Positions 22,731-36,339 of a stretch of 64,000 bases of DNA are shown here, piece by piece (within the stretch, counting starts at the first letter, position 1; each line of letters starts with the position of its first letter). Position numbers and translations under genes: made by a program. The stretch comes from Mobula hypostoma (lineage: Eukaryota). The stretch covers positions 81,966,001 through 82,030,000 of the forward strand of contig NC_086097.1 in the NCBI RefSeq assembly GCF_963921235.1. The letters run 5' to 3'. The notes beneath the pieces were generated by a model. It was not told where the DNA came from. It saw nothing but the letters and a program-made list of their open reading frames with translations, and did no database searches.

Positions 22731-25700
22731 ACCATAAGACCATAAGATATAGGAGCAGAAGTAGGCCATTCGGCCATGGAGTCTGCTCCGTCATTCAATC
22801 ATGGGCTGATCCAATTCTTCCATTCATCCCCACTCCCCTGCCTTCTCTCCATACCCTTTGATGTCTTGCTAATCAAGAACCTATCTATCTCTTCCTTAAA
22901 TAGAACCAATGACTTGGCCTCCACAGCTGCCCATGGCTACAAATTCCACAGATTTACCACCCTCTGACTAAAGTAATTTCTCCACTTCTCTGTTCTAAAT
23001 GGACATCGTTCAATCCTGAAGTTGTGCCCTCTTTTCCTAGACTCCCCTATCATGGAAAATAACTTTGCCATATGTAACCTGTTCAGGCCTTTTAACATTC
23101 AGAATGTTTATATGAGAAACCCCCTCATTCTCCTGAACTCCAGGGAATACAGCCCAAGAGATGCCAGAAGTTCCTCAACAGTAACCCTTTCATTCCTGGA
23201 ATCATTCTCGTGAATCTTCTCTAAACCCTCTTCAATATCAGTATATCCTTTCTAAAATAAGGAGCCCAAAACTGCACACAATACTCCAAGTGTGGTCTCA
23301 CGAGTGCCTCAACATCACTTCCCTGCTCTTATATTCTATATCTCTAGAAATGAATGCTAACATTGCATTCACCTTCTTCACCACTGACTCAACCTGGAGG
23401 TTAACCTTTAGGGCATCTTGCACAAGGACTCCCAAGTCCCTTTGCATCTCTGCATTTTGAATTCTCTCCCCATCTAAATAATAGTCTGCCTGTTTACTTC
23501 TTCCATCAAAGTGCATGACCATACACTTTCCAAGATTGTATTTCATTTGCCACTTCTTTGCCCATTCCCCTAAACTATCTAAGTCTCTCTACAGGCTCTC
23601 TGTTTCCTCAACACTACCCGCTCCTCCACTTATCTTTGCATCATCGGCAAATTTAGCCACAAATCCATTAATCCCATAGTCCAAATCATTGACATACATC
23701 GTAAAAAGCAGTGGTCCCAACACCGAGCCCTGCAGAACTCCACTGGTAACCAGCAGTCAGCCAGAATAGGATCCCTTTATTCCCACTCTGTTTTCTGCCT
23801 ATCAGCCAATGCTCCACCTATGCTAGTAACTTCCCTGTAATTCCACGGGCTGTTATCTTGCTAAGCAGCCTCATGTGCAGCACCTTGTCAAAGGCCTTCT
23901 GAAAATCCAAGTACACCACGTCTACTGTATCTCCTTTGTCTATCCTACTTGTAATTTCCTCAAAAAATTGCAGTAGGTTAGTTAGGCAGGATTTTCCTTT
24001 CAGGAAACCATGCCGGCTTTGGCCTATCTTGTCATGTGCCTCCAGGTACTCTGTAATCCCATCCCTAACAATCAATTCCAACAACTTCCCAACCACTGAC
24101 ATCAGTCTAACAGGTCTATAGTTTCCTTTCTGCTGTCTCCCACCCTTCTTAAATGGTAGAGTAACGTTTGCAATTTTTCAGTTATCTGGTACAATGCCAT
24201 AATTATCGATTCTTGAAAGATCATTGTTAATGCCTCCGCAGCTATTTCCTTCAGAATCCGAGGGTACATTTCATCAAGTCCAGGAGATTTGTCCACCATC
24301 AGACCATTAAGCTTCCTGAGCACCTCCTCAATCGTAATTCTCACTGCATATACTTCACTTCCCTGATGCTCTTGAATGTCCAGTATACTGCAGATGCCTT
24401 CCACTGTGAAGACTGATGCAAAATACATATTTAGCTCCTCTGCCATCTCTGCATCTCTCATAACAATAACTTAAGCGTCATTTTCTACTGGTCCTATATC
24501 TACCCTCAACTCTCTTTTACCTTTTATATACTTAAAAAAGCTTTTGGTATCTTATTTGATATTAGTCACCAGCTTCCTTTCATAATTCATCTTTAACTTC
24601 CTAATGACCTCCTTAATTTCCTTCTGCATGTTTTTAAAAGCTTCTCAATTCTCTATCTTCCCAGTAGCTTTGGCTTCCTTGTATGCTCTCTCTTTTGCTT
24701 TTACTTTGGCTCTAACTTCACTTGTCAACCACAGTAGTGTCCTTCTTCCAAATAATTTTTTTCTTATTTGGAATATATCTGTCTTGCATTTCCCTCATTT
24801 TTTGCAGAAACTCCAGCCATTGCTGCTCTGCTGTCCTTCCTGCTGGTGTGCCTTTCCAGTCAACTTTGGCCAGTTCTCCTCTCAGGCTATTGTAATTCCC
24901 TTTATTCCACTGAAATACTGACACATTGGATTTTAGTTTTTCCTTCTCAAGTTTCAAAGTGAACTCGATCATATTGTGATCATTGTTCCCTAAGGGTTCC
25001 TTAATCTTAAACTCTCTTATCACTTATCACCTCCGGATTATTGCACTACACCCAATCCATCACAGCCAATCCCCTAGTGGGCTCATCAACAAGCTCTTCT
25101 AAAATGTCATCCCTTAGACATTATACAAGTTCTCTCTCTTCAGGTCCAGTACTGACCTGGTTTCCACAATCCACTTTCATGTTAAAATCCCTAACGATTA
25201 TCATGACATTGCCCTTCTGACACGCCTTTTCTACCTCCTGCAGTAATCCACATCCCAGCTGCTGTTTGGAGGCCTGTATACAACTGCCATTAGGGTCCGT
25301 TTACCGTTGTCATTTCTTAACCCAACCCATACAGACTCTACACCTTCTGATCCTATGTTATCCCTTTCTAATAATTTAATACTATTTCTTATGCACAAGG
25401 CCACACCACCCTCTCTGCCTACTAACCTATTTTTTTCGATACACTGTATACCCTTGGACATTCAGCTCCCAATGGCAGCCATGCTTTGGTCAAGTTTCAG
25501 AGATGGCCACAACATCAAACGCCAATCTGTGGCTGAAATTCAAGATCATCTATTTTATTTCTTATGCTGCATGCATTCAAATATAACATTTTCAGTCCAG
25601 TATTTGTTGCTTTCTGTTTTAACTGCATCACGCCTCTATTGCCCTGTAACTCATCCCACTGGCTGTGATTATGCCTCATCTGCTGCCTGTCCTTTCTATC

Positions 25701-26230
25701 ATATCTGTTGCATGTTGTCTTTGATTTATTTCTGTTTTCCCCTTCCTCAGCCCTATCACTCTGGTTCCCATTCCCCTGCCAAATTAGTTTAAACCCTCAC
25801 TAACAGTTCTATTAAACCCCTCTTCAAGGATATTGGACCCCTTTGGGTTCAGGTGTAACCTGCCCTTTTTGTACAGGTCGTACCTCGCCCAGAAGAGGCC
25901 CCAGTGATCCATGAATCTGAAACCTTGACCCCCGCACCTGTCTCTGAGCCACGCACTAATATGCCTGATCATGCTATTCTTGCACTCGTTAGCATGTGGC
26001 ACAGGCAGCAATCTTGAGAATACTACCCTGGAGATCCTGCTTTTCAGCTTCCTACCTAACTCCCTGAATTCTCTCTTCAGGACCTCTCCCCTTTTTCTAC
26101 ATACGTCATTGGTACCAACGTGTACCAAGACTGCTGACTGTTCACCCTCTCCCTTCAGAATACTCTGCACCCGATCCGAGACATCCCGTACCCTGGCACC
26201 CGAGAGGCAACACACCATGTGGCTATCTCC
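22731..26230 (-). mobile_element. Long CR1/HER1-like LINE (ORF1 esterase, EN, RT), degenerate
   Basis: ORF 25784-26218 is SGNH/GDSL-like (LVHVGTNDV). EN: VVYRPPNS. RT: HGFLKGKSCLTNL, DVVYLDFQKAFDKV. Tail (CTTATGGT)n at 22731. Confidence 0.92.
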
Positions 26231-26289
26231 ATCAGGCTGACAGAACCCCCTGTCTGTTTATGGCTGTAGAGCAGGCAATACATCTTCTT

Positions 26290-26905
26290 TACCACTCTAT
26301 CAACCTGGGCTGCACAGGTTGATGGGGAGGTGCTTGCCTTTATCAGCTGAAGCAGTGAGTTCAAGAGTCAGGAAGTAATCTTGCAGCTTTATAAAATCCT
26401 AGTTAGTCCACATCTGGAGTGTTGTATTCAGTACCAGTTGTCCAATATAAGAAGGATGTGGATACGGTACAAAAGAGATTTATTAAGATGCTGCTTGGAA
26501 TAGAGAGTATATGCTATATGGAGAGGCTGAACAAATTTGCTATGTTTTCCCTGGAAAAGCAGAACCTGAAGGAAGACCTGATTGAAGATTATAAGATTAT
26601 GAGAGGCATAGAGAGAGTAGACAGCTGCTATCTTTCTCGCAAGGGTTAAAATATTTAATCCCAGAGGCCATTCAGTTAGGTGAGAGGGGGTGTGTAAAGC
26701 AGATGTGTGGAGGAAGTTTTTTTACACAGAGGGTGGTGCATGCCAGGAATGCACTGCCAGTGATGGCAGGGGAGCTAAGTACGATAGAGGCATTTAAAAT
26801 TCTCTTAGATAGGCACATGAACGTTCAGAAAATGGAGGGATATGGATGTTGTGTAGGCAGAAAGAATTGGCACAACATTGTGGACCTATGTTATGTTCTA
26901 TGTAT
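26290..26905 (+). mobile_element. CR1 3' fragment
   Basis: YKKDVDTVQKRFIKML, DLIEDYKIMRG and FFTQRVV; TATGTT-type tail. Confidence 0.8.
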
Positions 26906-26978
26906 TTTCTATCTGCCTTGAAATTAACCATTTGTGCTGCCAACAATCATTAATGCATACAGTTTATTAAGTAATTGC

Positions 26979-27872
26979 TGTGACAAGAATACACATAGAT
27001 TAAGATGCAGCTGTCCTGTGCTGGCACCAGTGGGATCAGCAGTTGGTCTGCCAACTGTCTTCAGGAGAGAGAGAGATAAGGAAAACAATGGAGCAGCATT
27101 TGGAGATGTTAATGAAGGGACGGGAGAGAGAGAGTAACAGAAGGAGAGAGCTGTCAAGATCGGCTCCCCCTTTGAACCCTGAACTGTTTGAAGTGATGGA
27201 CAGGCGATACCCCAGCAGGGGGATAAAAAGGGACAGGTTCGCCAAGGCAAGACACACGACACCCGAGGTAACGAGACCCTGGAAGCGGTGCGTCTCTCAC
27301 AAGTCAGTGGGAAGTTTTGGAAGGCCGGTTGTGGGACCAGGCCACAGACGCACAGGGTGGAAAGGCACGATCGGCGGGAACCTGGGGTGTGTCCACCCTT
27401 ACCTGGGTGCCGGGTTCACCGCAGAGAAACGATCGTATCTGGAAACGGAGGGGATCACGGTCGGTGACCTCAGATGACATCACAAAGGGCTCGCACGAAA
27501 GCTGACTGCGAAGGTCTGTGTGGAAGCCGTTTTGAATATTCTTTCGTTTTGCTCTCTCTCTCCTTCCCCCCACTGTCCATCGCCACCGCAGCGATTACTG
27601 CAAACTGAACTGAACTAAATTGAACTGAACTTTGCGTCACTTTGAAACTGATCATTTACCCCTAGACAACGATAGAGCTTGATTGATCCTGTTATCTTAA
27701 TTCTGTGTACAGGTGTGTTTATCATTGCTGAACTGTTGCATTCATTATCCTTTTGATTAGAGTACTGAGTTGCTTGTTTCTTTAATAAAATTTTCTTAGT
27801 TCTAGTAATCCAGACTCCAACTGAGTGATCCATTTCTGCTGGTTTGGCAACCCAGTTACGGGGTACGTAACG
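26979..27872 (+). repeat. 5' LTR
   Basis: TGTGAC start, GTAACG end, AATAAA at 27784; about 23 substitutions and 1 indel versus the 3' LTR by manual count. Confidence 0.95.
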
Positions 27873-27876
27873 TAAG

Positions 27877-27895
27877 TGGGGTTCTCGCCCGCAAT
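27877..27895 (+). promoter_or_regulatory. Degenerate primer-binding site, most like tRNA-Pro
   Basis: TGGGGTTCTCGCCCGCAAT starts 4 nt after the LTR; the canonical Pro PBS is TGGGGGCTCGTCCGGGAT. Confidence 0.55.
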
Positions 27896-27971
27896 TTTGA
27901 ACGCTAAATTTGGGACGGAGTAAATTGATTGGGTCAAAATTCCCGAAAGAAAGAAAAGACAAACAGCAGAA

Positions 27972-29753
27972 ATGGAGGCTGAGGAATTTATAAAGGCGCC
28001 GACCTTGGAGGCATTAGAGGATGCCAGGAAATCGGAATTGGCAGCTGTGGCCAAACGGTTGAATCTTGCTAAGGGGAAGTCGACAATGAGGAGAGAGGAG
28101 ATACACAGATCTATCGTAGAGCACTATGTATCTAAAGGTGTGTTTCCCCAAGGCGAGCTGGAGGTGGTGTCTGTTGAAACACCTGCCGGAGACGCGGTAC
28201 AGGTGTAGCTTGAAAAACTGAGACTCGAGCACGAGTTCCGGGTACGGCAGTTGGAGAGAGAAGAGAAAGAGAGGCAATGGGAGTGAGAAGAAAGAGAGAG
28301 ACAGTTGGAGCGAGAGGAGAAATAGAGGGAAAGGGAATTCGAGCTGGAGAAGTTAAAGATAAGGGCAGAGCAGGGGCCCATGCCGAACCAAGGTGGACGG
28401 TTCAGGGCGACCCAGGAGGTTAGGCTGGTTCCCCCATTTGACGATACCGATGTGGGTCGGTACTTTCTCCATTTTGAAAAAGTTTCTACAAGTCAGGACT
28501 GGCCGAGGGATAAGTGGGCAGTTTTGCTTCAGAGTGTACTGAAAGGGAAAGCCCAACAAGCTTACTCAGCTTTGTCCGCGGAAGATGCCCAGAGGTATGA
28601 GGTGGTGAAAGAGGCCATCCTCAGGATTTATGAGTTGGTCCCGGAGGCATACCGGCAGAGGTTCCGGAATGCGAGGAAGCAGTGGGACCGCACGTATTTA
28701 GAGTTTGCCCGTGAGATGCAGACATATTGTGAGCGTTGGTGCGCCTCGAAGGGGGTAGAGGGGGATTATGACAGACTGCTACAGCTGATCCTGATTGAGC
28801 GGTTTAAAGGTTGTGTCCCTGAGGGTATGAGACCCTACCTAGGTGAGAAAGAGGCAGCCATGTTAGCCGCAACTGCTAAGTTAGCGGATGAGTATGCGTT
28901 GACGCATAAAATGAAGTTTGCCCCGAGTAAAGGCTACCAGAAGGGTAGTCAGGACGGTGGGGAGAGTCCGCCAGAAAAGTCAGAAAGTAAGCCGGGGACT
29001 AGTGGGAAGGATAAGGTAGACCAGGGGCAGTCTGGTAGGAAGTCTCCTGGGGTCATCTGTTATAATTGCGGGAAAGTCGGACACTTTGCGTCCAGGTGCT
29101 TTTCCCTAAAGAAGGAGACGGGAAAAGGAAAAATGGCGATTTTGACTGGCTGTATCGAGCTGGTAAACGAACCGCTAGGAGAGGACAGGTCTGCCAAGGT
29201 TCAGGAAGGGCGCGAGAGGTTTATCTCGGCCGGATTGGTGTCAGTGAAGGAGGGGTTAAAACCAGTTCCAGTGCGGATCTGGAGAGACACAGGAGCGTGT
29301 CAGTCACTGATACTGAAGAGTGTATTAGAGTTTAGCTCAGAGACCCAGACTGGGGAGGTCAAGGTCAAAGGTATTGGGGAAGGGACAGAGGCCGTCCCTT
29401 TGCACCAGATACACTTACAAAGCCATCTGGTCTCTGGACTAGTCACGATCGGGGTGAGGTCCGAATTACCGATGAAAGGCGTGGAAGTCTTGCTTGGTAA
29501 TGACATTGCCGGGGGAATCGTGTTCCCAGCCGTGAGATTGACAGGTCAGCCTGCCAGCATTGAAGCCCTGCCCATGGACTCACAGGTTCATCACGGGACT
29601 GCGGTAGTAAATTTAGCTGAGACTTTTCTGCCAGCCTTGTACGAGAAGGGGGTAGAAAGTGAAAAGAAGGAGTGTAGGGAAACAAGAGGTAGTGAGGGAG
29701 CTGAGACAGACTTAGCATTAGCCAGGAAGGAATTTGTGCAGGCGCAGGAGTGA
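27972..29753 (+). pseudogene. gag: Gmr1-like gag (SCAN-like capsid, CCHC knuckle) plus aspartic protease
   Basis: One frame with stops at 28206, 28284 and 28323, then a 457-aa open stretch: LVPEAYRQRFR...LILIERF...LADEY, CYNCGKVGHFASRC, RDTGACQS. Confidence 0.9.
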
Positions 29754-30890
29754 GACGAGGGGCTGATGGTTTTGGCAGAGACAGCTCTGTCTGACGCAGA
29801 ATTAACAAGGGAACTAGTAGGCTATTGTGTGGAGGAGGAAGTGCTAAGGTAGAAAGGGAGACCAAGTACCGTACCCGCAGATGAGGAATGGGGGGTGGTG
29901 CAAAAGAGTTATGGGGATGAGGTTTTTAACCTGGCCCACATGGTACCCCCTCGGTGGACATTTTGCGGTGCTGGAGGGAACAGTTGGTGGAATCATGAAA
30001 GAGGTTTACCGGCTGCCCAGGAGGAAGGATGTTATTGATTATGACTGACGCGAACTGAGACGGTCACAGGCTTTTGATATGCTAGCAAACCTAGTCGGTG
30101 TTAGCGCGGAAATCAATGAAGCTAGGGTCCCCCGATAAGAGAAAAAAACCATTTTGAAAAGATGAGTATGGTATCGACCAGATGGGAGAAGGCTATTGTT
30201 TTGTCCAGCTCTGCTGATAAGGTCTCTCCCTTAATCTCCGAACAAAGCGACTCTTTAGGAGAAGTAATTAAACGACTCGCACACATGTGTTTGATTGTCC
30301 CGAGGCGATGCAAAGAACTGGGACGTTGGGTGGTGCTTGTTACACTAGGTTAGCCTAGCGAGCAACAGCCCTATAGAATGAATAATTCAGTGACAAAAGG
30401 GCTGACAAACACAGAGGTGTGTATTGGCAATGTAACACGGCTGTCTGAAGCCAGCTTGATAGTGAACCTTGAAAAAAATGAGTTCGGCCACATGAAGGTC
30501 ACTTACCTGGGAATTGTGGTGACACAGGGGCAGCTGGCAGCGATGCAAGCTACAGTGCAGGCTATCGCTGACATCCCAACCCTGACAGACAAGAGGGCCC
30601 TTAGAAGGCTCTTGGAGATGGTGGGGTACTGTAGGAAGTTTTGCAATAACTCTGCGGTTACTACCCCTCCCCCTCCTACTAAACCCTTGCGAGAGAAAAC
30701 TAAGTCGGAATGGGACGACCCTTGTTATTGTGGTCCGGGACGAAACTCAATGAAAGGTTACATTGATCGCAATTCATCAGTGTTTTTGGCCACTATGAAG
30801 TTTGCCAAATTGGAGCCTGGTCTAAGGGATTATTAATAACACATATAAAAGGAACAGAAAATATGATGGCTGACTGTCTGTCAGGTGTTG
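29754..30890 (+). pseudogene. pol: Multiply deleted pol remnant (IN zinc finger, RT C-terminus, RNase H end)
   Basis: LAHM..GGHF, then no integrase core; RT fragment NLEKNEFGHMKVTYLG with YIDD replaced by CIGN; ends HIKGTENMMADCLS. Confidence 0.8.
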
Positions 30891-30996
30891 ACAACTTCAA
30901 ATTTGCTGTATTAGCCAAATAGCTGATAAAGATGTGTATTTGTGTGTATCAAATAATGTATTCATGTTTGTAATTTTTACCCCAGTAAAAATCCTT

Positions 30997-31008
30997 AAAG
31001 GAGGGAAG
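30997..31008 (+). promoter_or_regulatory. Polypurine tract
   Basis: AAAGGAGGGAAG immediately before the 3' LTR. Confidence 0.85.
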
Positions 31009-31901
31009 TGTGACAAGAATACACATAGATTAAGATGTAGCTGTCCTGTGCTGGCACCAGTGGGATCAGCAGTTGGTCTGCCAACTGTCTTCAGGAGAGA
31101 GAGAGATAAGGAAAACAATGGAGCAGCATTTGGAGATGTTAATGAAGGGACGAGAGAGAGAGAGTAACAGAAGGAGGGAGCTGTCAAGATCGGCTCCCCC
31201 TTTGAACCCTGAACTGTTTGAAGTGATGGACAGGTGATACCCCAGCAGGGGGATAGAAAGGGACAGGTTCGCTAAGGCAAGACACACGACACCTGAGGTA
31301 ACGAGGCCCTGGAAGCGGTGCGTCTCTCACAAGTCAGTGGGAAGTTTTGGAAGGCCGGTTGCGGGACCAGGCCATAGACGCACAGGGTGGAAAGGCACGA
31401 TCGGTGGGAACCTGGTGTGTGTCCACCCTTGCCTGGGTACGGGTTCACTGCAGAGAAACGATCGTATCTGGAAACGGAGGGGATCACGGTCGGTGACCTC
31501 AGATGACATCACAAAGGGCTCGCACGAAAGCTGACTGCGAAGGTCTGTGTGGAAGCCGTTTTGAATATTCTTTCGTTTTGCTCTCTCTCTCCTTCCCCCC
31601 ACTGTCCATCGCCACCGCAGCGATTACTGCGAACTGAACTGAACTAAATTGAACTGAACTTTGCGTCACTTTGAAACTGATCATTTACCCCTAGACAACG
31701 ATAGGGCTTGATTGATCCTGTTATCTTAATCCTGTGTACAGGTGTGTTTATCATTGCTGAACTGTTGCATTCATTATCCTTTTGATTAGAGTACTGTGTT
31801 GCTTGTTTCTTTAATAAAACTTTCTTAGTTCTAGTAATCCAGACTCCAACTGAGTGATCCATTTCTGCTGGTTTGGCAATCCAGTTACGGTGTACGTAAC
31901 A
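31009..31901 (+). repeat. 3' LTR
   Basis: TGTGAC...GTAACA; direct repeat of 26979-27872. Confidence 0.95.
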
Positions 31902-31969
31902 TTGCATACAGTTGTATTACTTTCTGATAATATTTGAGGACTTACTCTTTGAATATGTTAACATAAGTA

Positions 31970-32725
31970 AGCATTTAGGAAACCAAATGGCGAGCCTTTA
32001 TTAGAAGGTGTTTGGAGCAAAAGAATAAGGAAATCCTACTGCTATCACTTAGTGCATTGACGAGACCACAGTGGGTATTATTGATGACACATGAGGATAG
32101 GAGAATACTGACTGGCAGGAGGCAAAGTGAGGGAATAAAGGGGAACTTCTCCAGTCGGCTGCCAGTGACTAGTAGAGTTCCACAGGGATCAGTGTTGGGC
32201 TCGCTACACTGACTGTATGTCAATGACCTGGATGATAGAACTGATGGCTTTGTGGCCAAGTTTATGCATGATACAAAGATAAGAGGCGGGATTGGTTATG
32301 TTGAGGACTTGGACAGGTTGGGATAATGGGCAAAGAACGGGCAAATGGATCACAGCTTATGAAATTATTACTTTCTAAATGGGGACAGAATTCAGAAATC
32401 TGATGTGCAAAGGGACTTGGGAGTCCCAGTGGAGGATTCCTTAAAGGTTAACTTGCAGGTTGAGTTTGTAGCAAGAAAGGCAAATATAATGTTAGCACTC
32501 ATTTAGACCATAAGATATAGGAGCAGAATTAGGCCATTTGGCCCATCGAGTCTGCTCCACCTTTTCAGCATAGCTGATCCATTTCCCTCTCTGCTCCAAT
32601 CTTCTGCCCTCTCCATAACCCTTCATGCCATAAGACCATTTAGAGAGGACTAGAACTTTAAAGCAAGGATGTAAGTCTGAGGCTTTATAAGACCATATCT
32701 GGAGTATTGTAAGCAGTTTTGAGCT
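31970..32725 (+). mobile_element. CR1 RT fragment with a short inverted CR1 tail at ~32508-32636
   Basis: PVTSRVPQGSVLG; insert flanked by CATTTAGA direct repeats. Confidence 0.7.
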
Positions 32726-32726
32726 C

Positions 32727-35700
32727 CATATAAATAGATAGATACTTTAATGATCCCAAAGGAAATTACAGTGTCACAGTAGCATTACGTGTGCACAGGT
32801 ATACAAATATTAGAAGAGAAGTAAGAAAAAAATAAAAAAATATGTTCCTTCAAACAGTCTGACAGGAGGGGGTCACTTCCCCGGCTATAAGTTGGCTCAT
32901 TATAGAACCTAATGGCCGAGGGTAAGAATGACCTCATATATAGCGCTCTTTGGAACAGTGCAGTTGTCTTAGTCTATTACTAAAAGTGCTCCTCTGTTCA
33001 GCCAAGTTGGCCTGCAGAGGGTGAGAAACATTCTCCAGAATTGCCAGGATTTTCTGTAGGGTCCTTTCTTCTACCACAGTCTCCAGTGTGTCCAGTTTGA
33101 CTCCTGTAACAGAACCAGCTTTTCTAATCAGTTTATTGAGTCTGTTGGCATCACCCATGTTGATGCCATTGCCCCAGCATACCACTGCATATACAATTGT
33201 ACTGGCAACAACAGACTGGCAGAACATGTGAAGGAGAGGCCTGCATACTCTAAAGGACCTCAGTCTTCTCAGGAAGTAGAGGCGACTCTGGTCCTTCTTG
33301 TGCTCAGCCTCCGTGTTGGTGTTCCACTCAAGTCTGCCTTCCATGTGTACCCCCAGGTTTTGTAGGTCCTCCTCACATCCACATCCTCACCATCAATAGT
33401 AACAGGGAGAAGTGTAGGCTTAGTCTTCCTAAAGTCCATCACCATCTCCTTTGTCTTACTGATGTTGAGCTGCAGATGATTCAGCTTGCACCACTTGACA
33501 AAGTCCACCACCAGGCCCCTGTATTCATCCTCCCATCCTCCCTTTATACACCGAACTACTGCTGAGTCATCAGAGAATTTCTTCAGATGACATGACTCAG
33601 TGTTGTATCCAGAGTCTGAGATCTACAGGGTAAACAGGAAGGGAGCCAATACTGTGAGCCCTGTTATGTGACCACGGTTTCATTTACTGTGGGTGTCACT
33701 TTAAAACACCTGAATGAGGCGGGACTATGACGCCAGTATAACAAACTGCAACAGACCATTGGGATTTTCAGAGGAGAAGGAGAAAGAGAGAGTGTGGAAA
33801 TTTTGGACTGCAAGCTGTTGGCAGGAGCTTGCTGGAACATGGGTAAAGTCTGATACTTTCCCATGTCCAGAGAATTGGGCTGATCAACACACCCAGTGCA
33901 CATTGGATGTGTGACTGTCACTTCATATGATCCATACATGGATTTTGTTGGAGTACCCTGTGGCGACCACCTTTGTTAACCCTTACATAGTTTCGGGTAT
34001 GTTATGTGGTAACTACTTGTGCTAGGGTATATTCCGTGACTGTCACCTTGTGATATTTCTACGTGGATTTCGGGACGACTCGACGGATAAGATCTTCGGT
34101 GACTGTTACTTCATTTTCCCAGCATGGAACCTGTGGAATCCTTCGTGATCGCCTCCTCTCTACATTTTAACGTGGATTTACCAGTCCCTCCCCTCAGTTA
34201 TTCCATGGATTACTGGACCTTTCTAGTTTGCCATTTTAAGACTCTAAGAACTGTTCCTAAACTTGACAGTTTGGGAGCCACACACACACATAACACTGTT
34301 AACTTCTGTTTATTCTGTTTCATTTTCTATATTTTTGAGTAGATACTAATAAATATAGTGGTTTAACATTAAACCCTGACTCAATTTGTGATCTATTGCT
34401 GCTTATAGCCATGTCTGACACACAGCTCTGAAGCTTGCACAAACTGTGGTCTGCCAGTCAGGCCGTCCATTACCCAGGATACAAAGGAAGTGCCAACCTT
34501 CATTGAACAGAGCTTTTCCCCCAGTAGTGAGGGCTGTATGGTATTGAAGTCAAAAATCATGATCCTCACAGTGCTGCCATGCTTATCCAAATGGGAGTAG
34601 GCTCTGTTCAGCAGGTAGGTGACAGCAATGTCAACTCCAGTGTGCACCTGGAAGGCAAACTGTAGGGGATAGAGGCTTGATCTGACCAGGGGTCAGAGGT
34701 GAGCCAGAACCAGCTTCTCTTCATGATGAGTGAGGTCAGGGCCACTGGACGGTAGTCATTCAAGACTTTCGGTTGGCCCTTCTTGTGTACTGGAAGCACA
34801 CATGATGTTTTCCACACAGTTGGGACCCTTTCCAGGCTGAGACTCAGATTGAAACTGCGTTGGAGAACTCCACACAGCTGCTCAGCACACTCCTTCAGGA
34901 CCCAGGGCTCACCCAAAACTTTGCCATGTCTGAGTTTCCCCAGAGCCCACTTCACCTGCTCAGCAGTGAAGGTGAGTCCATGATAACTGGGGAGTTGGTG
35001 GAAGGTGGGGACTGGGGTAGGTGAAGATCGGGACATTAGCAGTTGACATGTGGAGCTGTGGATGGTAAGTGCAGGGCAAGGGGGTGATGTAGACAGTGGT
35101 AGCCTGTGTTGTTCATCCATCTGTTGAACTGGAGGGGGAAAGGGGGGAGAAGGGGAGGTGTTGGTGCTGAGGGAGCATTGAGTGCCTCTGCACCTGGACT
35201 GGTGTGCTGGGGGGGGGAGGTGTGAACAGGAGGGCAATTATCAAACCTATCGAAGAATTGGTGTAACTCATTAGCCCATTCACAGCTGCATTCTGAGGCT
35301 CTACATCTAGGCTGATTGAAGCCAGTGATGTTCTTCGTGCCCCTCCACACCTCTTATGTGCTACTCTACCCAAGCTTGCTCTCCAGCTCTCTCCTGTATT
35401 CCTCTTTAGCCACCTTGATCTTCTCCTCTAGCTCCCTCTGCACATGTTTCAATTCCTCCCTGTCTCCTGATCAAAAGACTCTCTTTTTGTAGTTGAGAAG
35501 AGCCTTTAGATCACTGGTGGCCCATGGTTTGTTTTCGGGGAAGCAGTCCCTGATGGTATTTCAGTGCCCACACAGAAGTTAATGTAACCAGTAAGTCCGT
35601 TAATGTCCAACCCATATGGTTCACAAAGAACATTCCAGTCATTAACTTCAAAGCAGCTCTTCAAGGCCCTGATGGCCTCTAGAAACCACTTAGATTAGAT

Positions 35701-36335
35701 TATGAGGACACTCAGTCCTCGTTTATTGCCATTTAGAAATGCATGCATTAAAAAATGATACAACGTTCCTCCAGAATCACAGGGAAACACAGGACAAACC
35801 AAGACTGAAACTGACAAAACCACATAATTATAACATATAGTTACAACAGTGCAAAGCAATACTGTAATTTCTTTACTATCTCAGTGGTAGCTAGCTGTTG
35901 CTGTACTTCGGGCTTATACAAAGGCATGAGGTGAACCAGGGGGGTTGTGATCTGATCTTCCAAGTGGGGGGAGAGCTGTGATCTTTAACGTTTGTATACA
36001 AGGGGTCCAGTGTTTTATTTTCCCTTGTGTGACACTTGACAAACTGATCGAAGGTGGGTAGGGTTGTTGAGAGAGAAATCTCCCGATACTGCAATGAACA
36101 CATTGGGGTGTTGAGCCTGGAGTCTCGCAATGGTAGTGTGTATGACGTCACATGTATTATTGGAACTGAGTCGGGAAGGCAGAACATAGACAACGAGCAA
36201 TAAGGTGTGGCCGAACTCACGCAGTAGATAAAACGGACACAAACTCACAGAAAGCAGTTTGATGTCCGGACTGCAGATTCATTCTTTCACAGAAATGTGA
36301 CCAGGATTACACCATCTATTGTTCACAGGCACAGC
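32727..36335 (-). mobile_element. Long Rex1/Babar-like LINE (EN and RT), interrupted twice
   Basis: PFYLLREF, LNDYRPVALTS, TVRIMIFDF, WCKLNHLQLNISKTKEMVMDFRK, QSRLYFLRRLRSF; (TCTA)n tail; inserts at 33662-34403 and ~35690-35870. Confidence 0.85.
33662..34403 (+). repeat. LTR-like insert with damaged right end
   Basis: Non-coding ~740-bp block starting TGTTA, with AATAAA near 34348, splitting the LINE RT at its PQG motif. No TSD seen. Confidence 0.55.
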
Positions 36336-36339
36336 TAAG

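Larger units (their letters stand above)
26979..31901 (+). mobile_element. Structurally complete non-autonomous Gmr1-like Gypsy LTR element (4.9 kb)
   Basis: Two ~894-bp LTRs, TSD TTGC (26975-26978 and 31902-31905), PBS, PPT, gag-protease, then IN and RT/RH scraps. Confidence 0.95.
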
